This document shows positions 40,305 to 53,959 of a DNA stretch of 64,000 nucleotides, in pieces. How positions within the stretch are numbered: the stretch's first letter is position 1; each line of letters starts with the position of its first letter. A program made the translations under genes and the position numbers. The stretch spans positions 12,016,442 through 12,080,441 of the forward strand of contig OZ037770.1 in assembly GCA_964035545.1 (NCBI GenBank). Reading direction: 5' to 3'. The notes below the pieces were generated by a model, which was given only the letters and a program-made list of their open reading frames with translations, searched no databases and was not told where the DNA came from. This stretch comes from Bugula neritina (lineage: Eukaryota > Animalia > Bryozoa).

Positions 40305-43139
40305 CTAACAATCTTTCGTGGTCTCTTCAGATGGGTGCTGGGTCAGTAAGAAGTTGTAGGTGTCTGGTTCAGATCCCATTTCCTAAAATAAATACCCAAT
40401 TGATGAAATACCAACTAGACTAGAAATATATAATACTATACGCGAACTTATTTAAAATATTAGAATTATTCAATTAAATTCAGACTAAATAAAACAGCAT
40501 ATGTATAGCTTCTCAACTAAATTGCAAAAAATCATTTTATAAAATAATTAATTTTACTTACAGCAATAATTCTGCCAATCTTAGCAATATTCACAGTGAG
40601 GTTGTCAAATCTTTCATCAGCCGGCTCATGATTGGCTATTCGTTGCTGTTGAAAATTCTCTACAATGGCTACAGATTCTTGTACTAGGTCATCCACTTCC
40701 TTTTTCACCATGTCCAGTCTCAGAGCTTCGTACTTCATTCTAAAGTGATCTCTTTGGTCACGTAGTCGACTAAATAACATAAATCAATATAGCAATACAA
40801 ATATAATAATCTAATAATATAATAATATAATACATTATATTATATATTAAATAGTATAAAAACATATAGCAATCTAAACGCAGTTCTATATAATAAATTG
40901 TATTATATTATATATTGAATAACATAAAGTAATATATAGGTAGTTTAAATATAATTATATAATAATATAACAGATTGTATTATATTCCAAATCGTATAAA
41001 GTAATATAGTAATATAAATATAATAATATAACAGATTATATTATATTGTAAATAACAGTACTATAAAATATAGTATTATATATTATCGATATATAAACAA
41101 AATTTTATATAATGAATCATATTATATTGTATATTAAATAGCATAAAGTAATATAAATATAATGATATATATAGTGAACTACATAATATTATGTATTAAA
41201 TAATATATAGTAAAATAGTAAAATAAATGTAATATATAATTTAAAATAACATATTAATCTACATAATAAATAATATTAGACAATAAAGTAATATATACAT
41301 ATGAAAATATATCACATAATATCACAGAGCTAAGCTGAAATCTATCAATATTAAAAATTTTACAAAGGAAATGTAGTAAAGTATCATAGGAAAATCATTA
41401 AAGACTTACTCAATAGTGCCATCTGCTTCTATTTTCTCTTGAACTAGTTTCTGGACTTTTCTCTCTAATTCAGAATGTTTCGCTGCTAAATTCGCATACT
41501 CCTTCTCCAACTCTTTCTTTTTTCTGGTCATCTCTTGGATAGCCTTGACCTTTTCTAGTCTGAATTGTTTGTCATTCTCTGTCAGCCTCAGCATCTCTTT
41601 CTGAATAGTGAAAATCTCCATTGACTTTGTAGCTCTCTCATAGTCCATATCCACCTTTTTTTGTGCCAGGTCAACTTCTTCTTGTTTCAATTTACACCTT
41701 GCTTCAGCCAGCTGCACCTCCTTCACAGCATATACATGGATCAGCCTGCGTCAAAACTTAATTTATTGTATAAAGCACATAAAAAGCAACTATTTCAAAG
41801 ACTGAAAACTAAATTCGAGACGTATTACATAGAATGTGTCCTCTGATAGTAGAATCCCTTCATGCTATATAATTTAGTTTCTTTAGATTCAATGTGATTT
41901 ACTTACTATAGTGACTACTCGTGCTTATTTTTGTGCATGAATGTGATATTAGCTACAGAATTGTTTTTCAATTTCTATTGTAGATATGGTAAATGAAATG
42001 GATTGCTTTTTTGTTGGCCATTTATTTATTTGAATGCTCATTTAACTGGCATGTTAAATGAGACTCTATAAGCTGGGCATATGGAGATTATTAACAAGTA
42101 AATATACATCATAGAGATAATGTAATGAAACTGATCATAGTATAGTTGAAGCCATGTTGGAATTTCCGCAATGTAGTTTCTTTGATTAGTTTAATCATTT
42201 GTTTAACAAATTTCTAAACAACACGTTCTAGAGGTGAAAAGTTGCTTACTGGTCATGGCTGTGAAGAAGATCTTTGAGAGCTTTAATTGTCACCTTCATC
42301 TCTTTGTACTCCATCTCCTGGATAATTCGAATTAATTAACAAATAACAACTTGTACACAAAATCATCTAAAACAAACTGAAAAAAGCAATTATTGCAAAT
42401 AGTAACACAGGTATTTAAATATTAAAGTTGGCTATGATACAAAGCAATGGCTGATGTACGTGGTACAATTATAGCTCACCTTTCTTGGTTGAAATGGAAA
42501 GAACCGAGCAAAGTCAATCTGAGAAACTATGTCGCTCGAGTAGTACTGCATTACTGCATGTCTTTCTTCCACCTCAAAGTTGGTTTTAGACGTTTCAACC
42601 AAGTTGCAAAGCTCTAGCACCTTCTCCAAAGCTTCTGAGATTGTCTCATTTATACTAGCTGAAAGGTTCTGCTGTGCATAAACAATCAAATGCTTGAGAT
42701 CCACACCAAACAAAGACAACACTTCATGCACCAACCCTATGATCAGTGACTCCATGCCTTCTTTCTTGTTAATTGTGCTTTTTGTAGCTTCCTGCACATC
42801 TTTTGCTAGTTCAGGATTTCCAGTCCAACAAAGTCTTTGAATATCTTGCAGGTTCTTCTTAGCTATAGCAATCACATCATCCACAACAGCCTCTAAGCCT
42901 TCATCTCCGATCGGTTCAGTTAATTTCTCGAGCAGAGAAAGTATTTCTTCTTGTTCATGATCAAAGCTCTCACCAAAAGCTAATAGCCTTTCTCGAACCA
43001 CATCAATACAGTAATCACACTCTTCAATGATATTGGTTGCTGTGATCTGTTTGAGCAAAGTGGCAACCCTGGTGTTGATGAAGAGACAAAGGTCACGGTC
43101 ACTCCATTCATCATTTGACATCTGAAATCTCTCTTCCAT
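40305..43139 (-). CDS. Uncharacterised helical-domain + coiled-coil protein, family member A, about 449 aa
   Basis: Exons 43139-42480, 42317-42250, 41745-41410, 40769-40562, 40382-40305; all GT-AG and frame-consistent; acceptor at 43143 just before the ATG. Heptad-rich E/K/L exon 3. Shares NL.(D/E)I.R.C, M..(F/L)(M/I)I.LV.E..S and Y.(E/D)MKV(T/S)I..L with members B and C. Confidence 0.8.
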
Positions 43140-43828
43140 GTTCTATAAATAGTTTCATTGCAATCAATTATTATTGAATAATGATGAACAGAACTAACTC
43201 TATTATATAAAACACGTAAATAATAGTTGAAGAAACCCTAATATTATATAACAGAATTGATCCTAATCAATCATTACTAATTGATTTATTTCAAGCATCT
43301 AATGCCAGGGACACCTATTACTAGTAACACCGTGTTATTTGATATTTGCTTTATTTTTTCTGCCTATTCACCATACTTGATTTTAAGTCTAAAACTATTG
43401 AGAGCCCATCGGTAAATGCCAATTATTCATTAGAATAAATTGCTGTCTTGTGCATCTATAAAGCTTTACACCATTTAACTTTGCATAAAATTTCAAACAG
43501 TATTCTATAGTATAACCATCGCAAGTCAATACTATCTTTTACAAAGTTTACTGTACACTTGCTTAAACTTCCCACAACTTTCCTCCTTAAATTAATGAGT
43601 TTAAAAGTAAACTTACAGCTGAGTGTTTTCATCTCTCATCTATACCTTTATACAAAACTCCTGCCAACATGCTTGTCTGAAAGCATTGCTTTAACTGCTG
43701 TCTTACTAAGAGCACACTCCTTATGTATAACTCTATCAGCTGAATATTATGTTATCTAGCTACTAAATTGGGTGACTCAGAAAGTTACTCAAAAATTTAA
43801 TCGTCACCATTTTGGAAATTGGACTTAC

Positions 43829-43919
43829 AGGGTTTGTTTATATGAGTCATGGAATACAATTTTGTTTTCTTAAGATAAGCATTTGTATAAGGAGTCCCAA
43901 TTTTTCACTTTCCTTTATA
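43829..43919 (-). promoter_or_regulatory. Putative TATA + non-coding first exon cassette, proximal copy
   Basis: Minus-strand TATAAA at 43919-43914 and CCCT|GTAAGT donor at 43828. The cassette recurs at 46181-46273 and 58782-58874. Confidence 0.45.
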
Positions 43920-44862
43920 AATATAAACAATGATAGCGCTTAAGCAGTGATATTGATATAATAAATATCAATAGAAACTTTCAAAAGGCTATTGCCATTG
44001 TCGAAGTATGCAACAAATGTAGCTTTGCATAAGTCACCTACATTTAGTCTCATATTTGGAGCAGTTTGACTGCACATCAGTGCAGGCTGAAATTTGTGTT
44101 TTGTACACTCTAGCTGATTTGTACACATACAGTGTACATGTATGACTTAAATTTATTTTACAACTCAGGTGTTGCAGAGTGCTGCACAGTTCAAGCTATA
44201 ACTAGTAGCAGCTTCATTTGAATGATATTGATCAATTCACTTATAATGTATCAATGATGGTTTAGCTCTCCATGATGTGTTTTACTATATTCCTAACTTT
44301 ATAATGCTGCTTGTTTTCATTAAAATTAGGCAAAATATTGCCTAAATAATTGTCATTTAGTAGTCATTTACCAATAATCGAGCATTAAGACCAAGAAATT
44401 AGGTTTGTGAGGTTTGGAGCTGTTATACCATATTGCAGGGCTCTGCTGTAATTCAACACTAATGAGTATTAATGAACATTTACTTTAACACATCCAAGTG
44501 CAGCAATCTTACTTTTACTTTGCATATAAGATAAATGTGTCAAGGTCAAACATATAAACTTATGTGTAGGCTATCAACTGAACACATTTGTTGTTTGTAT
44601 TGGTTGAATTGTTTTATAAGCAGCTTTGAGTTGTGGGTGGAAAACAATTTTAGTTTAAGCTTGGAGTTATGGGGCTGGTACCAAACTTAAACAGCCCTGA
44701 AGTTTTTTTGGACTTGTCAGCAAAGTGGAGAGAAGGGACAACTTACAGGGGCAACACAATAGGGCCCGCGTCATCCATGATCGGACTGACTGACGCAGGC
44801 CTACTACTAGATTTCATCACCATAATTTTTGATGAAACTAGTATATTTAAGGTAACACAAAC

Positions 44863-45348
44863 GGTTTCATCCCAGTTAGACAATTTGCAATATTTCCCAC
44901 TTAGACGATTCCCACTAAGACGATTTTTTAATTTTGGTACAATATATATAGTAATATACAAATATAACAGTTGCATTTACTGCTAAATATGAAATAAGAT
45001 ACCAAGCCAGCTATTTGCTTTAACTCAATACTAATTTAGCTATAGTTTATTTTATTCAGAAAAACAGAATAAAATGCACAAATGCATCTTATGGTATATA
45101 TCACATACTGTTATATTACAACTTTTTCTTATTATATTTTGTCTATCTTTTACCTTTAAGTTTAAGGTTTGTGCAAAATGGCTTCTTATAGAAACATTGT
45201 TACTGTAAGTGGCTTGCTGGTGGCTTCTTTGCTTTCTATTATGTGCTAAATAATAGCATAAAATACATATATATTATTACACTAAAATCTATAAATATAG
45301 TCTAAGTGGGAATTGTCTACTTGGGAATCATCTAAGTGGGACGACACC
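44863..45348. mobile_element. Mutator (MULE)-type MITE, 486 bp
   Basis: Imperfect TIR GGT(T/G)TC(A/G)TCCCA(G/C)TTAGA with internal TCCCACTTAGAC repeats; exact 9-bp TSD AACACAAAC (44854-44862, 45349-45357). Confidence 0.8.
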
Positions 45349-46180
45349 AACACAAACACCTAAAAATTTGTCATTTGGTGTAACTTAAGTTGTGCATGCA
45401 ACACACATTCTATAAAAACATTTTTAATAATAAAAAGGACAAAGTGTTGCATAGTAAAACTTTTACTTGAATATTTTTAAGTAGGAGAATATAGATATTG
45501 CCATTAGCCGTTCTGCTTTTACTAAGTTTTTATATCGAATTTATTAATGCTTGGGATTTCTTTACTTTCTTTGATGTTTAACATTATATTATAGGTTATG
45601 TTCTTTTTAATTGATATTGAAACAATATAAGCTTTTATTTTCTGCATTGGATTGTGTTGCAGCTTTTACAATTTATAAAAGAAATAAATAAATGCAAATA
45701 AAGCTTGATCAAGCCAACCTTTTAAATTTTGTAGTAGAAATTCTTTTGAAAAGAGCTTGTTGACCAAATGGGGTGAGCTCACTGATTAAAGTGTGTAATA
45801 ATTATTAGCTATATTTTTAAAGCAGCTGAGAAAAAAAGTAAGAATGATTTGCAAAAATAAGGTGTATAATGATAAAACTTATTATTACTAACATTAAAAT
45901 TATACATTTCAATATATGTATAACTAGATAAATTAATTATAAAGATTATAAAATTGATCAAACACTACATGAAATAAGGATTAAATAAGTCAAACTGATC
46001 AAAGAGACAATAAATTTTACCTATGGGAGAAAAACGTTGCAATTTATGTGTTTGGCTACTCAAATATGTAATCAAGTATCAAGCAACAAATGTACTGAGT
46101 TAGGACCTTGTCAAATATCATGGGTGGGTAAGAAAATTACTAAAATCTTTATTTGCCACCATTTTGGAAATTGGACTTAC

Positions 46181-46273
46181 AGGGTTTGTTTATATGAGTA
46201 ATGGAATACAATTTTGTTTCCTTAAGATAAGCACTTGAATAAGTCAAGTCCCAATTTTTCACTTCCCTTTATA
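46181..46273 (-). promoter_or_regulatory. Putative TATA + non-coding first exon cassette, distal copy
   Basis: Minus-strand TATAAA at 46273-46268, donor GTAAGT at 46180, no upstream ATG in the exon. Confidence 0.4.
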
Positions 46274-47948
46274 AAATATGTAAACAATGACAATGCTTAA
46301 GCAGTGCAATTGTTAAATATCAATAGAAACTTTCAAAAGGCAATGTAACAAAGTAGCTTTGCACATCACCTACGTTTAGTCTCATATTTGAAGCAGTTTG
46401 ACTCTACATCAGTGCAGGCTAACGCTTGTGTTTTGTGCGCTCTACTATCTATGTACACACGCACATATATGGTCACCTTTCACCTCCGTGTTCCTGCACG
46501 GGTGGCGGGCACATGCACATATATGACAAATTTATTTTGCACAATCATAAAACTCAGGTATTGCAAAGTTTTTTTGCAGTGGAAGCTGCATATTGTAATG
46601 ATTGTGGGAAGTATTGCTCCCCAACCCCCAAGTTGTTAATACTTGCAGTAGAAGACATTGATATTATATTATAAAAGTTCCAAGAGATGATAACTCCATT
46701 ACCACCCATTATGGTCATCATTGCCGAAACCTTGTCGGCCAATCAGAGCAAACCCTCTAGTTATAAACAGTGCCTTCCGCTGCCTAGTCTCAGTCTGAGG
46801 ATATATAACTAGACGAGGATAATACTGTATGACTGTTTTTCTATAATATGCGTATTTTTTTACAATTGCGGATAACTTTACTTTTATGTAATTATATATA
46901 AGAATATATACATTCTTTAAACGCTATAACCTACTTTGGTTCTCTCTCACAAACCTCGTAGCTAGGTTATGAGCCAGCAATTCAGCATACAATAAAATAC
47001 CACTATAACTATAACTACACTCTATAGCAGCTCCATTTGAATAACGTTGAATAATTTATTTTTAATGTATCAATGACGGTTCAGTGAAGCTCTTCGTGAT
47101 TCATTTTGCTATTCCTAATTTTATATTGTTGCTCGTTTTCATCCACGTTATGATTTCTTTACTTTCTCTAGTACTTGACATCATATCATACGTATTTTTT
47201 AATTATCATTAAAACAATATTGTGGTAAATATTAGAGTTACCCTCCCTTGTTACACACTACCATAAGAACGCCAATTTAACAGTAACTATTATAACTAGC
47301 ATTGCCCTTTTCTCCTTTTTTAATTATACCTCACACTTGGTTGAAACTCACTTTTGTCTCTTCTATAACAAGGAGTTATGTTCTCTGCCTGATTTCATTC
47401 AATAACTCCCAAGTTACTACAATATGAGTTGTTAACATGTATTGTCTGCATATTGTGTTGTATTGCAGCTTCTACAATTTATAAGAGAAATAAATAAATG
47501 CAATTAAAGCTTGATTAAACCAATCTTTTATATTTTGTACTAGAGCAATTTTTTAAAAATAATTTGTGGAGCAAATGGTGTGGGCTCACTAATTCAAGTG
47601 TGTAATGATAATCAGCTATATTTTCAAAACAATTATGGAAAAAATAAGAATAATTTGCAAACATAGGATATACAATAATAAGAGCTACTGCTAACATATG
47701 TATGATTATATTAATTGTTAATGAAGTATTCTAGGCATGATCAAACATAATGCTATATATAATAATATAGGCTTATACTACCAACATTGAAATTATACTT
47801 TAAATATGTATATATTTATATAAATGTATTATTAAATTATTCTAGACACTATCAAACAGTATATTAATTTAAAGATTAAATAGGTCAAGCTGATTAGAGG
47901 CAACATGTCTAGTTTTTCATTCAAATGTGGCAACTTGTGTTGAGCTAA

Positions 47949-50900
47949 TCAGATGTGCAATCCAGCAAGAAACACTATATGTGGAGGGGTCGTTGGCATC
48001 GGTGGGCTCCTCGTGAAGTTCTACATTAGGAAATAAATTAATATTTGGCATTTAACACTTTGTTTTTAAAAAAATATTTTAAAGTTTAAAGCCAAACATT
48101 CAGTACAGTCTGTATCAGAATTTGGGGAGCTCTAAAATAAACATAATTATATAAACAACTACATTATTATGAAACAAACTAATAATAAACTTTTGTACAA
48201 CAACTGGCATTTGTGAGGCTTAAAATTAGCACTCAACTTATTTCAGTTCTATAAATGATTTATGTATTGCTAAATACAAGTTTGTATCTGTAGCATAAAC
48301 TATTTCAGTAAACCTGGCTTCAGATAACCATTGCATTTTTTAACAATAGTGCATAGATTTAACTACTATAGGATCTCAACAGCTCAAAACCAATTCATTG
48401 CATCAAAATAGACGTAATTTTTCAACACATGTGTGTAAAGCAAACAGTTTTTTCATTTATATGTAGGCTATTGATCGAGATATATTATGTACTTTTATTA
48501 TAAGTTAACACAAGCAAAACTTTCCAGCAATTACTAATTACCACTTAGGATAAATTTGCAAGATGACTAGTAAAGCATCCTTCATTCATGAGTTTTGCAA
48601 CAAAAGCTACCTGAAGTGCGGTCATGATTTCTTTGAGAGTCTGTGTGATAGTCAGAGGATCATTGATGTTTTCAAGACCTTTTTCTACCAACTTTTCTAC
48701 ATAAAGTTTAAGTGCCATTAAAATTAGATATTTATATCCTTGACGCCAGGTATCGCGTTCAGATTCAACTTGGCTAAAAATAAAACAAATTCAGGGCAAT
48801 ATTATTAGAGTTTTGTCATGTATAAACTTGTTTTATTTTCAATTGCTAGTGTCATAACTATAATAATAAAATTGGAGCTATAGATTACTGGTTTATTAGG
48901 TTTTTGTTTAGTCTCCCTCAATTGCTATTGACTTATGAACATTAACAGATGTAACGAAATCTAAACTCTAAACTCTAAACACAAAATAAACCTAAAATAA
49001 CACATCATAATATTATAATCTTGAAATAAATTACAATTACAATGTTAACATTATTTATAACTGTATTATCAAAATCAATATGGCCATAAAATTAGTTTGG
49101 CTGATGCTATAACGAGACAGACCTGGTTATCAAGTGATGGAGCATTTTACTATTTTAGTTGCAGTAGATTGGCCTTGGTTTTAAATATTTTGCTTATATT
49201 AATACAAAGCTACAAACTATAAAACAGTTGCATTAATATATTTACCCAATCTTTTTCTGGAGATCTTCTTGCTTGTCTAGTTTTATTGTTATTTCTAAGG
49301 AAATTTGGCGATCATTGTTTTCCCGCTCTGAAGTAAGAGATTCAACTGTCTTTCTAAGTTCTTCATTAACAGTCTTCAGCTGGCCTTGGAGTTTCTGCAA
49401 CTTCTGGTGTTTTATTCCTAATTTCCTTAACATATTCAATTCAAAGTTAGTAGTAATAATTTAATATTCAATAGTTGAAAATTTTTATAAAACACACTAT
49501 AGTAGCATTGTGTGCAAAGAGAACATAATGTGTTTTTAAGGTTCTTAAATTGCTAGTAAACAGAGAATTAGCTATACTTACCATATGTAACAGATGTGCA
49601 ATCCATGTAATGTTTGAATAGTGACCTTCATATCTTCATAATAGCCACGTGCCTATAATAAAAAGGAAAAATATTTCAATAATATGTTAAAGGGACTTAC
49701 TTGTATATATAGCAGAGTTGAGTAAGTTACTTATAACACCAATTATTATATGTATAATAGTGCAGACCAACTTTTCTGTCTTTAATTCTAAACCAATATT
49801 TTTCAATGGATTAAATTTCACTTCAAGCAAAGTTTTCCGAGTATAATGAAGCATATTATAACTGCTATTAGTTTGTTTATACTGCATAATCATAATCATT
49901 TTTGCTAAGGTATTAATTACTGAAGTTATTTTCAAGTATATGCAACATTTTTTGCAGCTATTATCCAATTTTTGAAACAAAGACACACATTAGTCAACAT
50001 GTAATATTACTAACAGACAAGGTTGTATTATGTTTTGACCCGGCGTAATTTCAAAAAACTAAGATTGTTTAGCCACTATTCAATAATTAGTTAAACTTTG
50101 TTTTGTAGTAATGATTTGTATTCTCAGTACCCTGGCTATTACTAGCACACAGAGCTGTCTATTTGCTACTTTATTTTTATAAAATTACAGGGCTGTGCCA
50201 TAGTACATTATTTAGTTACCTGAGAATCATAAAGAAAATATTTCTCAAACTTAAACTCTCCCAAAAATTGATAATATATTTCTTGACTTCGTTTGGATTG
50301 AGTAAAATCTACTTCCAAAACGTCGTTATAGAGACTCTGCATTTCTTTTAAATCGAACAAGATCTGTTCCGAAAAGTCCGCGGGGTAGCTTTCCCTGACG
50401 ATATCTATCATTACATTTAAATCGCAACTGCCAGATTGAGAAAGGATTTCTCGTACTAATCTGATCATAAAAGCTTCCATCTGCCCAACCTTATCCTCTG
50501 TAGCACGGAGCGTTTCATCAGCTAGTGAGGAGACTTCCTTACTGCATATTCTCTTTATCTCATACAGATTACTTTCCAAGATGGACTGAACATTTTCATT
50601 ATTCAGGACACTAACATGCATCATATCTTGAAGTAGCGAAAAATATTCTTCTTGTTTATCAGTGAAGTTTGCCTGAGCACATATTTCCAACAGCTGATTT
50701 TTAAGCTTTGGAGTATCGTATCGACTATCATGGAACACATTAAATGCAACGATTTGCTGAAGCAGATCTCTCATTCTTTTATAGATCAGCGAGAATTCAT
50801 GAAGCATTTTAAACTCAATCTCTGGATGTGGTTGACCTTGAGCTTGTGCCCTGAAAATAAACAATAATTCAAATAATTTTATTTTGTTTTGTAAGTCATA

Positions 50901-50975
50901 GAAAACTGTAAAAGCTATCAAAAGAAACTTGTGCATCTTTTTCACTACTTGGTCAGCTTTTGCAGGTTTAGACAT
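47949..50975 (-). CDS. Uncharacterised helical-domain + coiled-coil protein, family member B (start and last exon tentative)
   Basis: Exons 50975-50929 (tentative, weak donor), 50850-50220, 49652-49582, 49425-49246, 48773-48611, 48020-47949. Exon-by-exon homology and the same phases as member C. The last exon is frameshifted relative to member C. Confidence 0.7.
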
Positions 50976-53959
50976 ATTAATGATGTTTAGTTTAACTATA
51001 ATCTGATAGATAGTGGTAACTTTGGAATAAACTATGCATTGAATAGCAAAAGTTCTAAAGACAACATTCCAAATTCCAAAATGTTTACTGGCATTATATA
51101 GATGCAAATTTACACCATTTTTGGCCTTTATTGATTTATTTTGTATGTAAATAAAATATTTTACAGTTAGTAACTATATTTCTCTTATTTTTACATATAT
51201 AAAAACTGTTTAATCTAATCAGTTTGCTAGAGAAATAATTGTAAGGCCTGCACATGTTTGCATTACACAAAGCAAATAAAATCTAACTAATGTCTGTATG
51301 TATATAGCATTTATTTTCTTAATATGCAAGAATTTTCATAAAGCGCAGCATAATTTTATTGAGCAGCATCTTTAGCAAGAACCAAACATAATTAAATTCA
51401 AAATAAGCAAAGAATTGCAAGCATTTTAAATTTTATTTAAACTTGTTTATGCTACAGAGCCTTAGTTATGTGCATGTATTTCACAGTAATTCTTAGAAAA
51501 GTTTACCAGTTATTATTATTTATAAAATTTAGCAGTTTTAGTCTGTGAAGAGAAAAAAAGTGAGAAAAAAAATTATGAAAAATACATCAAAAAGTAGTTA
51601 TTGAAAAATAATATATATTAAAAGAATAGTAGAAGACTTAATAAAATCTTATTATAAATATGACTATATAACATAGTCATATTTATATAGTCATATATTC
51701 TATATATATGTACATCTTTTATCATTATTTTATGTATGGAATATAAACTGTTTCCCCCACCCCACAACTCAAAAAAGGTGTAACCTGTCTGTGAAAGTGG
51801 AAAATCAATATCATGTATATCAGCTATACTAATAAATATAACATGATTATAGACTTGCTCTATAATCAATATCATGATTGTCCGTAATATATATGTACTC
51901 ATTCTAACTTATAAGTAAATTCATTGAAAGAAGCTATTTAGTTACCATATAGCGAAAAAATATTATGTATCATACGTTATTGTGTTTCAACACAGCTGTA
52001 CCAATGGTCTTGCTATAGCCAACTGTAAAATAGCACAAATGTGCTTCATTTAGGTGCAAAAGCTGAAAAATTAAAATAGCCAAAGTTTTTTCATTTTCGT
52101 AACAAATTTTTAAATTCCTGCAAGAACATAACTTCTTTTGCTACACTAGCTGTTAATATAAAAGTAATGATTCTCTTAATTTCTCTGCTGCTGCAACTCT
52201 CTCTTTTTTTTGTGATACAATAGAAGAAGATTTCGACCTAAGACACAAAACTTCTGGAAAACTAATAGGCAAATTATTGAAATACAAGTGCTTCACAGTT
52301 GGTATGCATCTAAAACTTTCATTTAAAACAATGTATATATTAAATAGCTTATTAAAATTGAAAGGGAATTGAAAATTAATTAAAATTGAAATTGAATCTT
52401 TTTTTTAGTTGAACTACGTTAGGAATTTGGGCTAACTCAACTGTTATACAATTTTAAGCAACAATAGCAAGCCAAAATAAATGTTTGTGATAACCCTTGT
52501 AAAATTGACTCATAAGTATTTTACAGTGGAAGTGCACACAGTGCAACCCATGCAAGGGCCATGATACAATTTCTCATGGTTAGTTAGTTCTTACAGAATT
52601 TATAAATAAAATATCAATTAAGTAATAACTTAAACTTACATCTTGTGATCTGTAACGAACAGGTTGCTTCCCCAATACTATAGTTGTGACATTCACAGTA
52701 GAATCAAGCTTTTTATATAACCAACTAGGTTGGAGGTTGTTGATTGGTCGATTATTGACCAATACAATCTCTTATATGTTCATTGCATTGTTTTCAACCC
52801 TCTAATTTTAGGCAGCAGCTGAGAAAACTAGATTAAGTTGTTCCATCGGCATCGCAACTGTACCTTGTAATCATGTATAAATGTCCGGTTGATATAACTG
52901 TATGATATGCAATGTTTACTAATTTAATTGTTATTATTATTATTTTAACTGCTAAACATAAGGTATCATTTTCTTCAAGACTTGCCATGTTTTCTGAGAG
53001 TTTCAAAGAGAAGCTATAGGATACCATGATGTTTGCCTTTTTCTTTGATTTACTTTTCTCTATACTTGTAATTAATCATACATCATTTCCCTTGAAAATA
53101 ACTTATTTTAGCCACAGCACAGTAAGAAGTTTAGCTTTTTTAAAGTTATAAAATAGAAGATTCTAGATACAGGAATATAATATAGACTCAGTTTTAAGAA
53201 TTGCTATATGCAAGATTTTGAGCACATTCACAATTTGAAGTAACATTACTTTTTTACAGTTGCATTGCTAAACTATTCCAACAATAAATGTATTGGTCAT
53301 GTATTTTTAACAGTGAAACTCTTTAATTCAGGAAAAATATCTTATTTGCTTCCAAATTTGTATGGCCATGAGGTATATTTTTTGAGTAGAGATATGATTT
53401 GATTTATAACTTTCTTGAACAGTAGTTAGCATCAGTACAACAATTCACAAGGTTTGCTACTTTAGAAAAAATTATTTTGTAAAATTTATATTTGAACCTT
53501 GTTTGCTATTCTGGAACAAATAAACTCAGTTATAAGTGTTATTGCCAGGCTCCATTATGTTTCATATTTTTAAAGCAAAGTAACTGCTTGCAGAAGAGTT
53601 CCTTGATATCATCTTCTTTACTAAACCAGATGTGAGTGGACATTATCTTCCTCACTAAACTGGTTGCAAGTAGAAATTGGAAACTCATCATTTAAAATGG
53701 TAAATAGTCACAATCCAGTAAAGTTAGGTTTCACGTTACCCACAATGCAATTTAATATGCATCTGTCAGGCATTGCTGTAAGTGCATGCATGTGTAAGAA
53801 ATTAAATCCCTTTGAAAGGAAATCAATGAATTAATTGAAATGGGTTTATCTTTAATGTAGTTTTATGAATAAATCACACACTGGCCAATACAGTACAAGT
53901 ATTTCATGGATAAAGAGGAACAATTGTAAAATGCTACCAATTGTGCACATAATCGTAAA

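Noticed and set aside
46388-46742. ORFs in the block duplicated at 59614-60067
   Set aside because: Reading frames are not preserved consistently between the two copies and no motif is recognisable.
50976-51107. N-terminal extension of the 299-aa ORF
   Set aside because: AT-rich with no counterpart in member A; the ORF probably runs through upstream sequence and a 78-nt stop-free intron.
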